Assembly (NCBI GenBank): GCA_964016885.1
Contig: OZ024742.1
Coordinates: forward strand, 43,710,001-43,774,000
Length of the DNA: 64,000 nucleotides
Direction: 5' to 3'
Source: Eledone cirrhosa
Taxonomy: Eukaryota
Below the pieces are notes generated by a model. That model was not told where the DNA came from and did not search any database. It was given only the letters and a program-made list of their open reading frames with translations. This document shows positions 63,091 to 64,000 of this stretch, piece after piece (within the stretch, counting starts at the first letter, position 1; every line of letters starts with the position of its first letter). The position numbers were made by a program, and so were the translations under genes.

Positions 63091-63790
63091 ACCTACCTAC
63101 CTACCTAGGGCGGGTAAAATTCCCAAGATCCATGGAATAGTTCTCTCCAGCAGTCTCTGTCCCTCATTATCGCTGCCATGTCCTGCGTCTCCAACAGACC
63201 AGTGTCTGTCCTTAGGGCATCAACATATGTTAACTTCGGCCTTCCTTTTCCAGTGTGTCCATGCAGAGGCTCCCAGAGTGAGCATGTCCAGCTAACCTCA
63301 GTCTCCTCTGTGTCATTTTTGAGCTGACTTTTGGGAGGCTCCCGTAAAGCTCTGAGTTCTTCATCCTCAGTGTATTCTCGTGTAGCACCCATCCACCATC
63401 TGAGTGAGTTTCTTGGTCAGTGTCCAAGTCTCAGACCCATACAGCAGCACAGACTTCACTACAGCAACGAAGAGGTGGATCTTCAGGTCTTTACAAAGGT
63501 CCGACTTCCACACTGATCTCAAGCTGTGGCACGCCGCCCAGAATTCCCAATCTTTGCTCCCAAATACAGGAAGTCCCCAACCAATTCTAGCAGCTTCCCG
63601 CCTACTTTAGTAATCTTCTCTGGCTTCTTAATATTCTCTACCAGATATTTTTTCTTAATCTCATTCATTCTCAGCCCCACACTCATCGACACAGTCTCCA
63701 CCTTCTGCATCAAATCCTCTGCCTCCTTCACTGTGTCTGTCACCAAAACTATGTCGTCGGCAAATTCAGCATCCGATATCTTTCTTGCCT
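63091..63790 (-). mobile_element. RTE LINE 3' fragment (RT C-terminus) with a (tagg)n tail
   Basis: DAEFADDIVL, VGLRMN, DFLYLGA, RRLRLAGH, LWEPLHG..GKGRP.LTYVD.L..DTGL; acctacctacctacc tail. Confidence 0.88.
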
Positions 63791-64000
63791 GCTCTGAGTC
63801 GGTGTTACAGTAAAGCCAGAGTCCTGGTGTTTCTCCAGCGCAAGGCGCATACAATAGTCCACTACGATGATAAAAAGGAAGGGAGCAAATGCATCCCCCT
63901 GGAGCACTCCAGCCAGTATCTCAAATTGGTAAATACGACTTTAATTCTACTTTTACAAACAAATAACGTACATAATTCTTGTATATTTTTCATATAGATT

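Overview
AT-rich, repeat-saturated animal genomic DNA. The SINE/RTE families and dense (TA)n/(CA)n tracts suggest an octopus or other coleoid cephalopod (inference). No host protein-coding gene could be supported. About half the window is satellite DNA: a 13.7-kb 42-bp array with higher-order repeats and a hAT MITE insertion, and a ~50-bp array split by a 12.3-kb 20-bp array with strand flips and a 3369-bp duplication. The rest is RTE and CR1 LINE fragments, tRNA-derived SINEs, non-autonomous Helitrons, hAT and Tc1/mariner MITEs, and two 5'-truncated Penelope-like elements (RT or RT thumb + CxCx5C linker + GIY-YIG). The most notable signal is a cluster of type I hammerhead ribozyme motifs: one near the 3' end of each Penelope element and several in small ORF-less tandem or fold-back modules in (TA)n tracts. 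Almost all are on the minus strand, and some have unusually enlarged stems. All structures were read by eye and not computed.
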